Part shown: piece by piece, positions 44,716 through 54,519 of the stretch
Layout: every line of letters begins with the position of its first letter
How positions within the stretch are numbered: the stretch's first letter is position 1
DNA from: a virus
Lineage: Duplodnaviria > Caudoviricetes
Virus record (IMG/VR): IMGVR_UViG_3300048995_000008
Span: 31,653-95,652 of that record
Length of the DNA: 64,000 nucleotides
Strand: one strand, 5' to 3'
Program-made: the position numbers and the translations under genes
The notes under the pieces: model-generated
The model's input: only the letters and a program-made list of their open reading frames with translations
What the model was told of the DNA's origin: nothing
Databases searched by the model: none

Positions 44716-45786
44716 CTACGACTCGGGCTTGAACAGCAAGTCAGTGATCAGAAAGTGAGCATTCGGACGCACCGTCTTGGTCTGCAGCGCGCAGTCGAGC
44801 ATCCACGACTCGAAGTTGCCCTGAGACGGGAGAGCGATGACGTTGGCGACCAGAGGAATGCTGCCTCCAGGTGCGCCTTCGTAGCTCTGCTCCTGCGGCA
44901 GTCCCAGCAGAGGAACAGTCGCCATGATCTTGCCGCGCTGGACGCGCGTTGGGTTCGTCGGCAGATACTCGAGGCCGATCGAGTCCTCTGAGAAGAATCC
45001 CAGCACACCAGATGGAACAGAGATGTCCTTGAACACCGGGACACCGTTCACCTCGACTGAATGGAAGCCCATCGACATGGTCAGCTTCTGACCACGAATG
45101 TAAGCCTCCTGGTTGACGCGTCGCTCACCTCCGTTGAGCTCGCACAGAAGGCGCCAGATGTTGCTGGTCGTCAGGCCGAACGTCGGCATCTTGCCTGACG
45201 CGTTGAAAACCTGCTCGAATCCATACTGGATGAGCGAAGGATTCAACGGACGTGGAATGCCACCGTTGCCGAGCGTGATGCCCTGAAACTGCGGGTACGT
45301 GACACGGCTGAGGCCAGCGTACGTTCCAGTCAGTGACAGAGGTCCATTGGTGGACATCGTCACTCCGAACAGCTTCTGCGGTCCAGTGGCGCCGGTGCCC
45401 GTCCAGAAGTCATCGTTGACGAGCTTGCCAGCTCGCTCGCGCGCCTGGGTCATCTTGTAGAGCCACACGTTGCCGAGATTCGTGCGGCTGAACTGAGCAC
45501 TGTCTTCGGCCAGTCCAGTGATCTTGAACGCATCACCGTACTCTGCCCACGGCAGAGTCGCCAGAACTTCGACGTCAGCATTGAACGTCGAGACGACCTG
45601 TCCGTCGTCGAAGACCTGACCAGTGCCCGTGCCGACTGACACGTCCCAGGCCAGGTTCTTTCCCATGCCAATTTCCTTGCGCATGAGGTTGGTGGTCACG
45701 GTGGAGCGATTGTATTGCTTGACAACCGTCTCGCGAATGAACTGCTCGAGCGCTGGATTCAGCGCTGCGGTGTTAGTGTCTGCCAC
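44716..45786 (-). CDS. major capsid protein (HK97 fold)
   Basis: 356 aa after the scaffold; spine helix ending FWTGTG, NGVPVFKD..VP.G A-domain, RPNAH..ITDL C-terminus. Confidence 0.85.
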   Translation of the reverse strand: MADTNTAALNPALEQFIRETVVKQYNRSTVTTNLMRKEIGMGKNLAWDVSVGTGTGQVFDDGQVVSTFNADVEVLATLPWAEYGDAFKITGLAEDSAQFSRTNLGNVWLYKMTQARERAGKLVNDDFWTGTGATGPQKLFGVTMSTNGPLSLTGTYAGLSRVTYPQFQGITLGNGGIPRPLNPSLIQYGFEQVFNASGKMPTFGLTTSNIWRLLCELNGGERRVNQEAYIRGQKLTMSMGFHSVEVNGVPVFKDISVPSGVLGFFSEDSIGLEYLPTNPTRVQRGKIMATVPLLGLPQEQSYEGAPGGSIPLVANVIALPSQGNFESWMLDCALQTKTVRPNAHFLITDLLFKPES

Positions 45787-46115
45787 GTCACGACTCCTAG
45801 CTCGATGTTCCTCGGGGAACGTGTCAAGAGTTTCTCAGCTCCGCGGTCCATATCGCTGGACCGCATGCGAGTTGCTCTGTGACACCGAGCTAGGCGAGCC
45901 TTCCGAGACTTGTCGACCTTGTGAGTCTAGAGCCTGAACCGGAAGTAGAGTGACTGATCCACCAGTCAGTCTGAGTTACGAACAAGAGCAGCTAGGATAT
46001 CTACTCTACTGCGTACTGCTTGCAGGAGGCAGATGATCTTCGCCACTGTAGGCAGCACTACCGGGCGCGCCGCACTAGTTGCAAGCGCGAAGATAGTCGT
46101 CGTGTCGTTCGGGCA

Positions 46116-46808
46116 TCACCCGCCGCGCTGACCAGGAATAGACCCGGTGATCACGCTGCCGAGGTCCTCTACGGTCATCTTTCCTGGCTGAATACCGTTA
46201 GCCCCTTCAGGCCCGCGTCCGCCTCTACCGCGTGCCTCTACAGGTGGTGCGAACTCCTTGCCGACGTCTGACTTCGCCCATGAGGCGACACCATCCTTCA
46301 GTGGGAGCGTCGTACCATCGTCAGACTTCCACAGGATGGTACCGGTCTCCTCGTCTCGCATCAGGTTGCGAGCGTGAAGCTGATCGACGGCGATGTCAAG
46401 CATCTTCGGCTTGACGAATGGCCCGAGCACAGAGGACAGTGCCTGTCTCTCCTCTGCTCTCTGGCCACGAGCTCGCTCAGCTTCATACTGCTGCTGGAAA
46501 CGCATCGATGATTCGCGAAACTCCTTGTTCTCGCGATCCATGCGAAGCATCTTCGCTCTTACGTCCGGGGAAATGCGAGCCTCACCTCCGGCATCGACGT
46601 CCACAGTAGCGTCGACGTCGTCGTCTGTGTCTGCGTCCGTGCTGGCGAGCAACGTACGCAGCTCGTCAAACTTGCCTGCGAGCATTCCCTCGAACTTCTT
46701 TGCGAGGTTTTTCTCTATCCGCCCCTCACGCTCTCCCATTGCCTTGTGGAATAGCTTGTTGAACTGCGTGGTGTACTTCTCGTCCGGTTCTTCGTCATCG
46801 TCAGGCAT
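46116..46808 (-). CDS. capsid scaffolding protein
   Basis: Acidic coiled coil, GRGGRG linker, immediately upstream of the MCP. Confidence 0.7.
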   Translation of the reverse strand: MPDDDEEPDEKYTTQFNKLFHKAMGEREGRIEKNLAKKFEGMLAGKFDELRTLLASTDADTDDDVDATVDVDAGGEARISPDVRAKMLRMDRENKEFRESSMRFQQQYEAERARGQRAEERQALSSVLGPFVKPKMLDIAVDQLHARNLMRDEETGTILWKSDDGTTLPLKDGVASWAKSDVGKEFAPPVEARGRGGRGPEGANGIQPGKMTVEDLGSVITGSIPGQRGG

Positions 46809-46984
46809 TGCTCGTCTCCTAGATCGTCTTTAGTGTCCACTCGATCGCCAACTCGACGATCGTGTTAGCGAGCCAAACGTTACTCGCATTCGGAAGCTGC
46901 TGCTTGAGCGAGTCAAACACTCGCACGAAATTATCGTCTAGCCACGCAACTATTCGTAGCAGCAGTCTCGCGAACAGTCGTAGG

Positions 46985-47227
46985 TCAGGCAGGCTGCGCA
47001 TCGCGAGTCTTTCTACGCTTCATGCGTCGCTGCCTGCGCGTCAGTCCGTCTTCACCCGGGGTGAACGCTCGTGTGGTTCTGCCGTCAGTCAGCCGACTGT
47101 CACGCATGACGAGATCACCATCTACAGTGACTTCGTCGATACGGCGAATGACATGCACGATTGTCCCGAGGCAGAGTGAGCATCTTTCCGGCGACGCGCT
47201 AGGTACGTTGGAGTGCGGACAGCTCAT
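46985..47227 (-). CDS. small Cys/His protein
   Basis: CPH...CSLC; ATGA-coupled to the portal. Confidence 0.45.
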   Translation of the reverse strand: MSCPHSNVPSASPERCSLCLGTIVHVIRRIDEVTVDGDLVMRDSRLTDGRTTRAFTPGEDGLTRRQRRMKRRKTRDAQPA

Positions 47228-48822
47228 GCTGTAGGCGGCTCCTCGCTAGTGTCAGGTTCTTCTGGTGGCTGCTCTGGCTGCACTGTCCACGTCAGGTTGT
47301 CCTGCGTGATCGCTCCGGCTAGCTCGTCATGCATCTTCTGCTTGGTGTCTGGGCTGATCGCGTCTCCCAATACGGTGCACGCCATCTGAAACTTGCGCTC
47401 GACCTGGAACGTGGCTGATGGAATCGAGACCTGCTCCAGCTGTACTGCCTGTGCGACTAGAGCGTCAGCGTCGGTAATACTGAAACGTGTGTATCCTTCG
47501 ACGTTTGGAACGTCTACCGGATCCTCTTGACGTATCGCAGCTACCATCGCCACGACCTGCATGGTCGCAGACAGCAGTCGCTTGCCGATCGCTCCGAGCA
47601 AGATCATCTGAGCCTGAGCATCCTGCGCCTTGCTGTCGCCGCTTCGTCTCAGCATGGCGCCGCTGGTGTCCTGGCTGAGAGCCATCTGCGTCACCATACG
47701 CAGGATCGAGTCACGCAGGTCCTGCACTGCCTGGCGACCGGAGTCAGCGCCAGCCATGTTTGGCCCGATAAACTCAGCCTTATCCTGATGACCCCGTACG
47801 TGAACCTGACCAGGGCCGCGCTTGCCGCGATTCGCTCTGTTTGGATCTTTCTGAGCCTCTGAGACGTCGCTGTCGATACCCGGGGACTCGGGGGCTAAGA
47901 ACTCGTACAGCTGCTGAAAGTTGTACTGAGTCCACTGAAATGCCTCACCATTCGTGCGATTGAAGTAGCTGCGGCATGACGACTCGATGAAGTCACCGAT
48001 GTGCAGGTACGTTCCGCTGGCGCAGACGTCGAATCGTATCCACGGTACTCGACCAAAGGTGTGCGGCTCTGCAGGCTTTGGCGTAACCATCTCGTCATCG
48101 CCTGGTAGACGCTTGGGACTGGTCAGTGACTTCGACTCCTCTACTTCGTATACTGTACAGTCATCAGCAGTCCAGACCGTCCAGCGGTGCGTCTTGACGT
48201 CGCGGTCTGAGCTGGCGTGCTCGGCAAACTGCACGCACTCGTATGTTCGAAGCCAGAGTAGTTTGCCATCTCTCTCCTCCCAGTCAGTCACTTGATCGGT
48301 GGGCCACGTGCACAGATACGCGTTTAGCTCGCCAGAGACGTCCTGCTCTGCCCTGGACGTCGCAGTACCGCTAGACTTCGGCAGCTCTACCTGAAGCCAC
48401 GACCAACCGCACGAGACACCCTCGACACACAGGTCACGAATCACCTGGTCGAGTGAGCGATGCTCGCTACCATCTTCGTCGACAGCCGTAGCGCACTTCT
48501 GGAACGACTGCCAGAAATCAGTCACTGTGGCCCCCGGCTCTGTCGTCTGTGGCGCTAGACGAACAGGGTCCTGCGCCAAGCCAGCGCTCGTCTGATTAAC
48601 CACCAGACCGAAGAGATTCTCGTAGAACGCTCGCCGCTTGCGCTCCTCGTAGACGACGTCTTTCTCGTGTGCGTACTTGGGAAAGATAGCTGTCATGACC
48701 TGCTCGTCAGTGAGCAGGTGGCTACCGCCGCGATACAGTGCCTTGAGGATGCGTAGTCGCAGTGCGTTGAAGCTCGGATGACACTGCTTGAGACGCTTGT
48801 ATTTGATGGGAGGAGAGGGCAT
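47224..48822 (-). CDS. portal protein
   Basis: 532 aa; LY.GG, E....Y..R..RA.Y.N, H.FG.VP, SG..K..D motifs of DUF4055/SPP1-like portals. Confidence 0.85.
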   Translation of the reverse strand: MPSPPIKYKRLKQCHPSFNALRLRILKALYRGGSHLLTDEQVMTAIFPKYAHEKDVVYEERKRRAFYENLFGLVVNQTSAGLAQDPVRLAPQTTEPGATVTDFWQSFQKCATAVDEDGSEHRSLDQVIRDLCVEGVSCGWSWLQVELPKSSGTATSRAEQDVSGELNAYLCTWPTDQVTDWEERDGKLLWLRTYECVQFAEHASSDRDVKTHRWTVWTADDCTVYEVEESKSLTSPKRLPGDDEMVTPKPAEPHTFGRVPWIRFDVCASGTYLHIGDFIESSCRSYFNRTNGEAFQWTQYNFQQLYEFLAPESPGIDSDVSEAQKDPNRANRGKRGPGQVHVRGHQDKAEFIGPNMAGADSGRQAVQDLRDSILRMVTQMALSQDTSGAMLRRSGDSKAQDAQAQMILLGAIGKRLLSATMQVVAMVAAIRQEDPVDVPNVEGYTRFSITDADALVAQAVQLEQVSIPSATFQVERKFQMACTVLGDAISPDTKQKMHDELAGAITQDNLTWTVQPEQPPEEPDTSEEPPTA

Positions 48823-50291
48823 CAGCGTCGTCTAGGTGCTGACTTGTATTCAGCTGTGTGGCCAGCCATCGCCATCTCCGCCGCCTTCTGATGCTCCTGT
48901 GCTTTCTCAGTATGCGCTGCAGCCTTTCCCTCGTTACCGGCAATGCGATGCTCCGATGCTGCCTTGTCGTGCGCACTTGAGGCATCAGCGTGTGCAGCGG
49001 CAGAGGGAGCAAGCTTGGCTAGAGCCGAGATTTGCTCGGCTCTAGCGCTGAGCGCTTGACCCTTAGTGTTAGCGCGCTGACGAACAGCGTCAAATGCAGC
49101 GTCAAATTTTGTAGTCTTCTTATTGGTGTCCTTGACTCCGAATGATGCGCGAAGCTGCTCATCGTTAGACCGACCGACTGGTCCGGCGAGCTGACGGCCA
49201 ATAGCGGCAGTGTTGAGTTTCGCGTTCTCTTTCTCAGCGAGAGCAGTATGTATCTCCATTTGTTCGTGATGAAGCTTCACCATTCCAGAGTCGCCAGCGG
49301 CTCGGTTAGAGACTATAGCTTTACTGTGAGCAGCGGCAGCTTCTGTATGCTCCTCTGGCGTGCTTGCGGCGCGGCCCTTGGCGTAGGCGGTATCTGTGTC
49401 CTTCACATGCTGTGAAGCCAAGGTGCCGTGTGTGATGTTAGCCATTCGCTGATTGAGTGAGTCATACGCAGCTGCGGCGCTCTTGGCGTCAAAGTAAGGG
49501 TTGTGTGCCAAATCTTCATGTGTCTTGGCGTACTTGGCGTGCTGTGAAGCTACGTCTGGGTGGCCTGACTCCTTAGCGGCACGTTCAGCAAGTCGATGGC
49601 GAACTGCTGCCTCACGGTGATGTGACTCGAAATTACTGTTTCTTGCTCGTTCTGTCAAATTTTCATGTGTCTTGGCGTACTTGGCATGCTGTGAAGCTAT
49701 GTCTGGGCGGCCTGACTCCTTAGCGGCACGTTCAGCAAATCGATGGCGAACTGCTGCCTCACGGTGATCTGGCTCGAGATTACTGTCTCTTGCTCGTTCT
49801 GTCGCTACTTGAGCAACACGTGTAGCTTCTTGACTTTTGGCGAAGGCTGCGTCAGCTTGCTGAGCAGCTTTTCGCGAAGCTTCAAACTTTCTAGTCTGCT
49901 CGGCTACGGGACCGGTGCCGTGCGCTGTTCGTTGATTGAACGAGTCAGAAGCAGCCACAGCGGTACTGCGCGCCGCTATCGCCGCAACACTCGACTTTGC
50001 CGTGTCCGCTGCCTCCCTCGCGTATCGCGCATGCTCGCTCCCAGGTGCTATCTTCTCAGCGGCCCTGGCGTGCTTGGAGGCCATCTGGGAGGCGTGCTCT
50101 GCCACCAGTGCGTGTGAGGCAGCGTCAGCAGTCTGACCAGCGTGGTGGGCAGCGGCGTGTGCTTCCTTCGCCTTCAGCGACTCTCTAGCGAAGTGCTCGG
50201 CTCTCGCTCCTCTGTATGCGGGATCCTTGGCCAGAGTAGAGGTCTGCTGTCGAGCGCCGAATTCTCCGGCGTAGTGAGCGTGGGTAGGCAT
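48822..50291 (-). CDS. THAHYAGE-leader family protein 1 (Ala/His-rich, 49-aa internal duplication)
   Basis: MPTHAHYAGEFGARQQTSTLAKDPAYRGARAEHFA N-terminus. Confidence 0.75.
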   Translation of the reverse strand: MPTHAHYAGEFGARQQTSTLAKDPAYRGARAEHFARESLKAKEAHAAAHHAGQTADAASHALVAEHASQMASKHARAAEKIAPGSEHARYAREAADTAKSSVAAIAARSTAVAASDSFNQRTAHGTGPVAEQTRKFEASRKAAQQADAAFAKSQEATRVAQVATERARDSNLEPDHREAAVRHRFAERAAKESGRPDIASQHAKYAKTHENLTERARNSNFESHHREAAVRHRLAERAAKESGHPDVASQHAKYAKTHEDLAHNPYFDAKSAAAAYDSLNQRMANITHGTLASQHVKDTDTAYAKGRAASTPEEHTEAAAAHSKAIVSNRAAGDSGMVKLHHEQMEIHTALAEKENAKLNTAAIGRQLAGPVGRSNDEQLRASFGVKDTNKKTTKFDAAFDAVRQRANTKGQALSARAEQISALAKLAPSAAAHADASSAHDKAASEHRIAGNEGKAAAHTEKAQEHQKAAEMAMAGHTAEYKSAPRRR

Positions 50292-52060
50292 TTTCTTCAG
50301 TCCTTTTCAGATAGACGACTGCTCGCGCAGCGTCGCCAGCTTCCCGTAGTGTGCGGCCATCCTGAGTTGTCCAGCTCGCTGTCGATCCACCCTAGACGAC
50401 AGCGGAATCTTTGTCTGATCGAGACAGAACAGTCTGTCTGCGATGCACGTAGACCTGACGATGATAGGCACGTTCTGCCACCACCCGACGACGTCAGAGT
50501 CACGCTCGCCAATCACGACAGCTTCCTGCAGTCTGACGACCGACTGAAGTGCGCTCTTCACGTCCAGGTCTAGCAGCAGCTGCAGCACCACCCGGGGTCT
50601 TGCGACGAAGGCGAATCCTCCGCCGCGAGGATCACGACCGAGCGTATTCTTCATTTCGATGCATAGCAGCTCGAGCTTGGTCAGCGGATGCTGCCTGGCG
50701 CGGTCGATCACGTCCATGCGGTCGACACCGACGACGGAGCCGACCTGAGCAGGTGTCGCGGCGCTGATCGGTGGAGTCTTGAGGACGTTGCCGTCGCGGA
50801 GATCGACAAGCTCAGGAGCTTTCTTGGTTGCGTCGCTCACTTGAACTCCGTCTCTTTCCAGTGCTGATGCCCCATCGACTCGATCATCCTGTGGTGCTCG
50901 CCAATCTCATCCCAACTCTTCTCGTGACCTGGCTCTCTAGAGATGGTGTTGACGTGTGGACCACGCGACCCGTTGGGGTTGTGATCACTACTCGTCAGAC
51001 TGGTGTGGCTCTTGGCGACGTCGTGGTTGTTCATCGCACCGACGAGGTCTGCTCGAGACGTCTCGATGAGCATCTTGCGCTGCATCCCTCTGACACGATC
51101 CTTGAACTCTTGCAGAGACATTCCAGGCACGTCTGTCTGCATACCTTGAAACACACGATGGATGAACACCTTGCGATCGCCGAACCCATGCTCCACCGGT
51201 GCTCGGTTAGCTGCGTCCTTGGCGAGACGAGCGAGGTGTTCGTCGGAGATTGGAGAGGGAGCGATGGCGGGTTTCTCAGTCTTAGGAGATATAAGAGCAG
51301 CTTTAATGCTGCTAGTGTTGTGAGATGTAATCTGCGCTGCGATGTCCATAGCGGCGCTGCGCTTACCTTTAGTTCCCCGTATAGCTATGATATCTTTATG
51401 AATCTTCTCAGCAGCAGCATGAAGTTCATGTAGTTTACTGCTTATCGGTAACAGCTGCGCTGCATTTGCATGTGCACGTGCAGCTGCGCGGTGTGCAGCT
51501 GCGCTCTGTGCAGCTGTGCTATGTACAGTCGTTCGGTTAGCTTCTACAGTGAGACGAGCAGCCTTGTCAGAGATAGATTCAGAGTGAGCGATTGCTGGCT
51601 TCTCAGTCTTATCAGGACTGCTGAATCCTGCGGCATGCCGACTAGCCACCTGAGCTGAGTTAGATTTGTCATCTGCAGATATCGAAACAGCACGCACGAT
51701 AGGAATCGGCTGCGTCATCTGCTTCGACGCATCGCGCGCAGTCTGAACGTGCGCCGGAGACAGCGCTGCTGCCTCCTTATTCAGTTCAGCCATGCGCTCG
51801 TGCACCTTCGATGTCTTCATCTTCTCATCCGGCGCAAGCGACGCCGACTTCGCTCTCGGCTGAGAGGCGAGTGTCTCGCGCATAGACTGGTTGTCTATCT
51901 TCTGCGTCTGCTTAGCGTGCGGCTCTGACTCTCGCGCGAGTACGTTTTCGTGCTGTCTAGCTGCCGTGTCCGCTGCCTCCCTCGCGTATCGCGCATGCTC
52001 GCTCCCAGGTGCTATCTTCTCAGCGGCCCTGGCGTGCTTGGAGGCCATCTGGGAGGCGTG
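49998..52060. repeat. 99-bp perfect direct repeat (49998-50096 = 51962-52060)
   Basis: Identical by manual comparison; lies in the shared N-domain of two THAHY genes. Confidence 0.9.
50307..50840 (-). CDS. hypothetical protein (possible isolated capsid A-domain-like fold)
   Basis: GTGA-coupled; GWWQNVPIIV. Confidence 0.55.
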   Translation of the reverse strand: MSDATKKAPELVDLRDGNVLKTPPISAATPAQVGSVVGVDRMDVIDRARQHPLTKLELLCIEMKNTLGRDPRGGGFAFVARPRVVLQLLLDLDVKSALQSVVRLQEAVVIGERDSDVVGWWQNVPIIVRSTCIADRLFCLDQTKIPLSSRVDRQRAGQLRMAAHYGKLATLREQSSI

Positions 52061-52246
52061 TGCTACGACCAGAGCATGCGCAGCTCGATCGACGTGAGAC
52101 TCTGCCACGCGATGAGCCTCGCCAGACTTCAGCGCCTCCCTGGCGAAGTGCTCGGCTCTCGCGCCTCTGTAGGCTGGATCCTTAGCCAGAGTAGAGGTCT
52201 GCTGTCGAGCGCCGAACTCTCCGGCGTAGTGAGCATGGGTGGGCAT
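50837..52246 (-). CDS. THAHYAGE-leader family protein 2
   Basis: Same N-domain as protein 1; distinct C-terminal globular domain (FGDRKVFI...EFK...SRADLV.AM). Confidence 0.75.
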   Translation of the reverse strand: MPTHAHYAGEFGARQQTSTLAKDPAYRGARAEHFAREALKSGEAHRVAESHVDRAAHALVVAHASQMASKHARAAEKIAPGSEHARYAREAADTAARQHENVLARESEPHAKQTQKIDNQSMRETLASQPRAKSASLAPDEKMKTSKVHERMAELNKEAAALSPAHVQTARDASKQMTQPIPIVRAVSISADDKSNSAQVASRHAAGFSSPDKTEKPAIAHSESISDKAARLTVEANRTTVHSTAAQSAAAHRAAARAHANAAQLLPISSKLHELHAAAEKIHKDIIAIRGTKGKRSAAMDIAAQITSHNTSSIKAALISPKTEKPAIAPSPISDEHLARLAKDAANRAPVEHGFGDRKVFIHRVFQGMQTDVPGMSLQEFKDRVRGMQRKMLIETSRADLVGAMNNHDVAKSHTSLTSSDHNPNGSRGPHVNTISREPGHEKSWDEIGEHHRMIESMGHQHWKETEFK

Positions 52247-52253
52247 CTACTTC

Positions 52254-52520
52254 CTATATTTCTTCGACGTGAATGAACGAGCTTGCCGCCCAAGCAGTGT
52301 CAAGAGCATTAAAGAACTCCTCACCATCGTCAATCGTCAGCTTGCGCTTGCTGTTGCTTGACAGAACTCCAACGTTCTCGATACTATCCTTGAACGATTT
52401 GTTTTCATACTCAGCCATCACCTTATCATCACGCAACGTGAACGTTGCCATAGTCTCAGAGCGATCTGGTGTGATGCACCGAACGATCTTAGAGCGATCC
52501 GATGATTGTGTCGATCTCAC
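52254..52520 (-). CDS. small protein coupled to the kinase gene (possible partner/immunity)
   Basis: Overlaps the kinase gene 3' end. Confidence 0.55.
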   Translation of the reverse strand: MRSTQSSDRSKIVRCITPDRSETMATFTLRDDKVMAEYENKSFKDSIENVGVLSSNSKRKLTIDDGEEFFNALDTAWAASSFIHVEEI

Positions 52521-53940
52521 TCTTACCTCCCTTAGAGACCATGTGTCCTACATTGTGCGTGAATAGTTCCCACCCGTCGTGGCCAGGTTCACTAGACTGT
52601 GGTTGCATGATGCTGCTGTCCTCTTTGATAGCTTTGGCCCTGAGAAGACTGTGCCGGATCGCTTCCTTCTCTATGCCTGCTGCATGAAGGGTTTGCGCGA
52701 CATGGCGCAGATCGATGCTATCGATCATCTTCTGCGTATTGCGGTGTAGCTCATCTTTGATGGTCATCGAAGATACAGGTTGGATAAACCTGACTGGCTC
52801 TCCCTTTGGAAATGACAGGCCATGATCGATCAGGATAGGGTGAGGACTCCCATCCGCTTTCGTACCAACTAGCAGGTTGTGAGCATGACGATCACTGTTA
52901 CCGACTACATAGTCGAAGACTCGTATCTTCTCGCTATCCTCTTGGTTAAACTTATGACCGCTCTTCATTGAACCATCGAGTGGACCATGAAATGGATCGC
53001 TAGTGAGTTGCGTACCATCTTTCCAACGCTGCATGGACCCGACTTTACCACCATGATCTCGCACGACGGTCTCTGGAATCATATCATGCATGCCGAAGTG
53101 CGCAGCTAGGTTAGACGCAGCCACTTCGCGCTGATAGTACGTCCCAGGATCGATGTTCGGTCGTGCGCGAACTTCACCCTCAGATGGCTTGAAGACTGCC
53201 TTGCTCCCGTCCTTGAATGTGATCACCTGACTGCTATTCTGCCCTCCACCGAGGTCAGCTGCACTAGCGATCTCAGCAGTGCGCAGTGAGCCAGTCTTCT
53301 CAGACTTAGTCTCAGAAGCAACGCTCTTCTTAGCTTCTTCAGCGTGCTTCTTCGCCTCGTTCGCTTGCTTCCTTGCTTCGTCTGCGTGCTCCTTGGCTTT
53401 CGCAGTCTGTTCCTTCAGCTGTGCAACGTGCGTCGCCTTCTCCTCATTATCTTTCGCCTTCTGCACGTCGATCTTCTTGGTCTTCGCCTCTTCATGCGCG
53501 TCAGTCTTGCTCGACTGCACCTCTTCATGAGCGTGCTTCGCGATCTTTGCGTGCTTAGTCGCCTCGTCTGCCAGCTCAGAGCCCGGATGCACCTTGGTGA
53601 CGAATCGAGCGTGAACTGCGGCACGATCAGCTGCGTGAGCTATGGTGGCTTCGTGCTGCAGCTTCTCTTCTGGTGTCTTCGCCTTGGCGTGGCTAGTGAG
53701 TGCCGTCAGCGCCTCCTTGGCGAAGTGTTGGGCACGCGCAGCTCTGTAGTGAGGATCCTTCGAGTTGTCTTTCGACAGCTTCTGAGATCCGTCGACAGCT
53801 TTCGCCGCTGATTTCTCAGCACTAGCCTGATCGATCTGCTTCCCAGGTTGTCGCGCACTGCCGAACTCACCAGCGTAGTGAGCATGTGTGCGCGACTGGC
53901 CGGAGTCGCGAGTCTTGCCTGTGATCTTCTCCAGTGGCAC
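52489..53940 (-). CDS. THAHYAGE-leader family protein 3 with C-terminal HipA/PI3K-PI4K-like kinase domain
   Basis: LGGGQN P-loop, VFKP..GE, REVAA, GSMQ.W, DY..GN.DRH..N, LIDHGLSF. Confidence 0.85.
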   Translation of the reverse strand: MPLEKITGKTRDSGQSRTHAHYAGEFGSARQPGKQIDQASAEKSAAKAVDGSQKLSKDNSKDPHYRAARAQHFAKEALTALTSHAKAKTPEEKLQHEATIAHAADRAAVHARFVTKVHPGSELADEATKHAKIAKHAHEEVQSSKTDAHEEAKTKKIDVQKAKDNEEKATHVAQLKEQTAKAKEHADEARKQANEAKKHAEEAKKSVASETKSEKTGSLRTAEIASAADLGGGQNSSQVITFKDGSKAVFKPSEGEVRARPNIDPGTYYQREVAASNLAAHFGMHDMIPETVVRDHGGKVGSMQRWKDGTQLTSDPFHGPLDGSMKSGHKFNQEDSEKIRVFDYVVGNSDRHAHNLLVGTKADGSPHPILIDHGLSFPKGEPVRFIQPVSSMTIKDELHRNTQKMIDSIDLRHVAQTLHAAGIEKEAIRHSLLRAKAIKEDSSIMQPQSSEPGHDGWELFTHNVGHMVSKGGKSEIDTIIGSL

Positions 53941-53945
53941 GGCGC

Positions 53946-54212
53946 TCAGACAACCTTCTCGAAATTCAGCGTCTGCACCTTGATCGGTTTCATCTCATGC
54001 TCGAACCACAGGCCGTCGTCTAGCACGATCTCCCCATCGACTACCGAGCACGGTGTGACTACGTGCGGTCCGTGCGGCACTGAACCTTCGACCACAGTCA
54101 ATGGACCGAACACTGTAGTCTTGAACGTCGTACCGATCGGAATTGGTCGCCCTGAGTAGAAGCGAAACCCACGTATACCTGGTGGTAGCGCGCCGATAGT
54201 GATGGTAGACAT
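53946..54212 (-). CDS. hypothetical protein
   Basis: Tightly packed ORF. Confidence 0.5.
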   Translation of the reverse strand: MSTITIGALPPGIRGFRFYSGRPIPIGTTFKTTVFGPLTVVEGSVPHGPHVVTPCSVVDGEIVLDDGLWFEHEMKPIKVQTLNFEKVV

Positions 54213-54488
54213 TCAGTTAGTCTTTCTCGCAATAATCTCTACAGTGGCACCATTCGAATCAGTGTGCGTCACACAATCACCCATCTCAATAGCATGATTT
54301 GTGATCATTCTAGCGTGATACACACAGAGCAGCATCTCAGAGTCATCTGGTCTCTTACCGATTATTGTCGGTAGTCTAGGACAACCGTGGATGTAGCACT
54401 TTTCATCACTCATTCGGCATCTACTCCCCCATAACTTTTGTCTTAACTGCGTGCGTCCAGGAGTAGAAGCAAATGCCACGGACACCAA
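54213..54488 (-). CDS. small Cys/His hypothetical protein (AT-richer)
   Basis: C.IHGC...LCVYH; true start probably at MSDEK. Confidence 0.45.
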   Translation of the reverse strand: MVSVAFASTPGRTQLRQKLWGSRCRMSDEKCYIHGCPRLPTIIGKRPDDSEMLLCVYHARMITNHAIEMGDCVTHTDSNGATVEIIARKTN

Positions 54489-54519
54489 GTGGAAGAGAGT
54501 TCATCTTTGATGAGTGACA

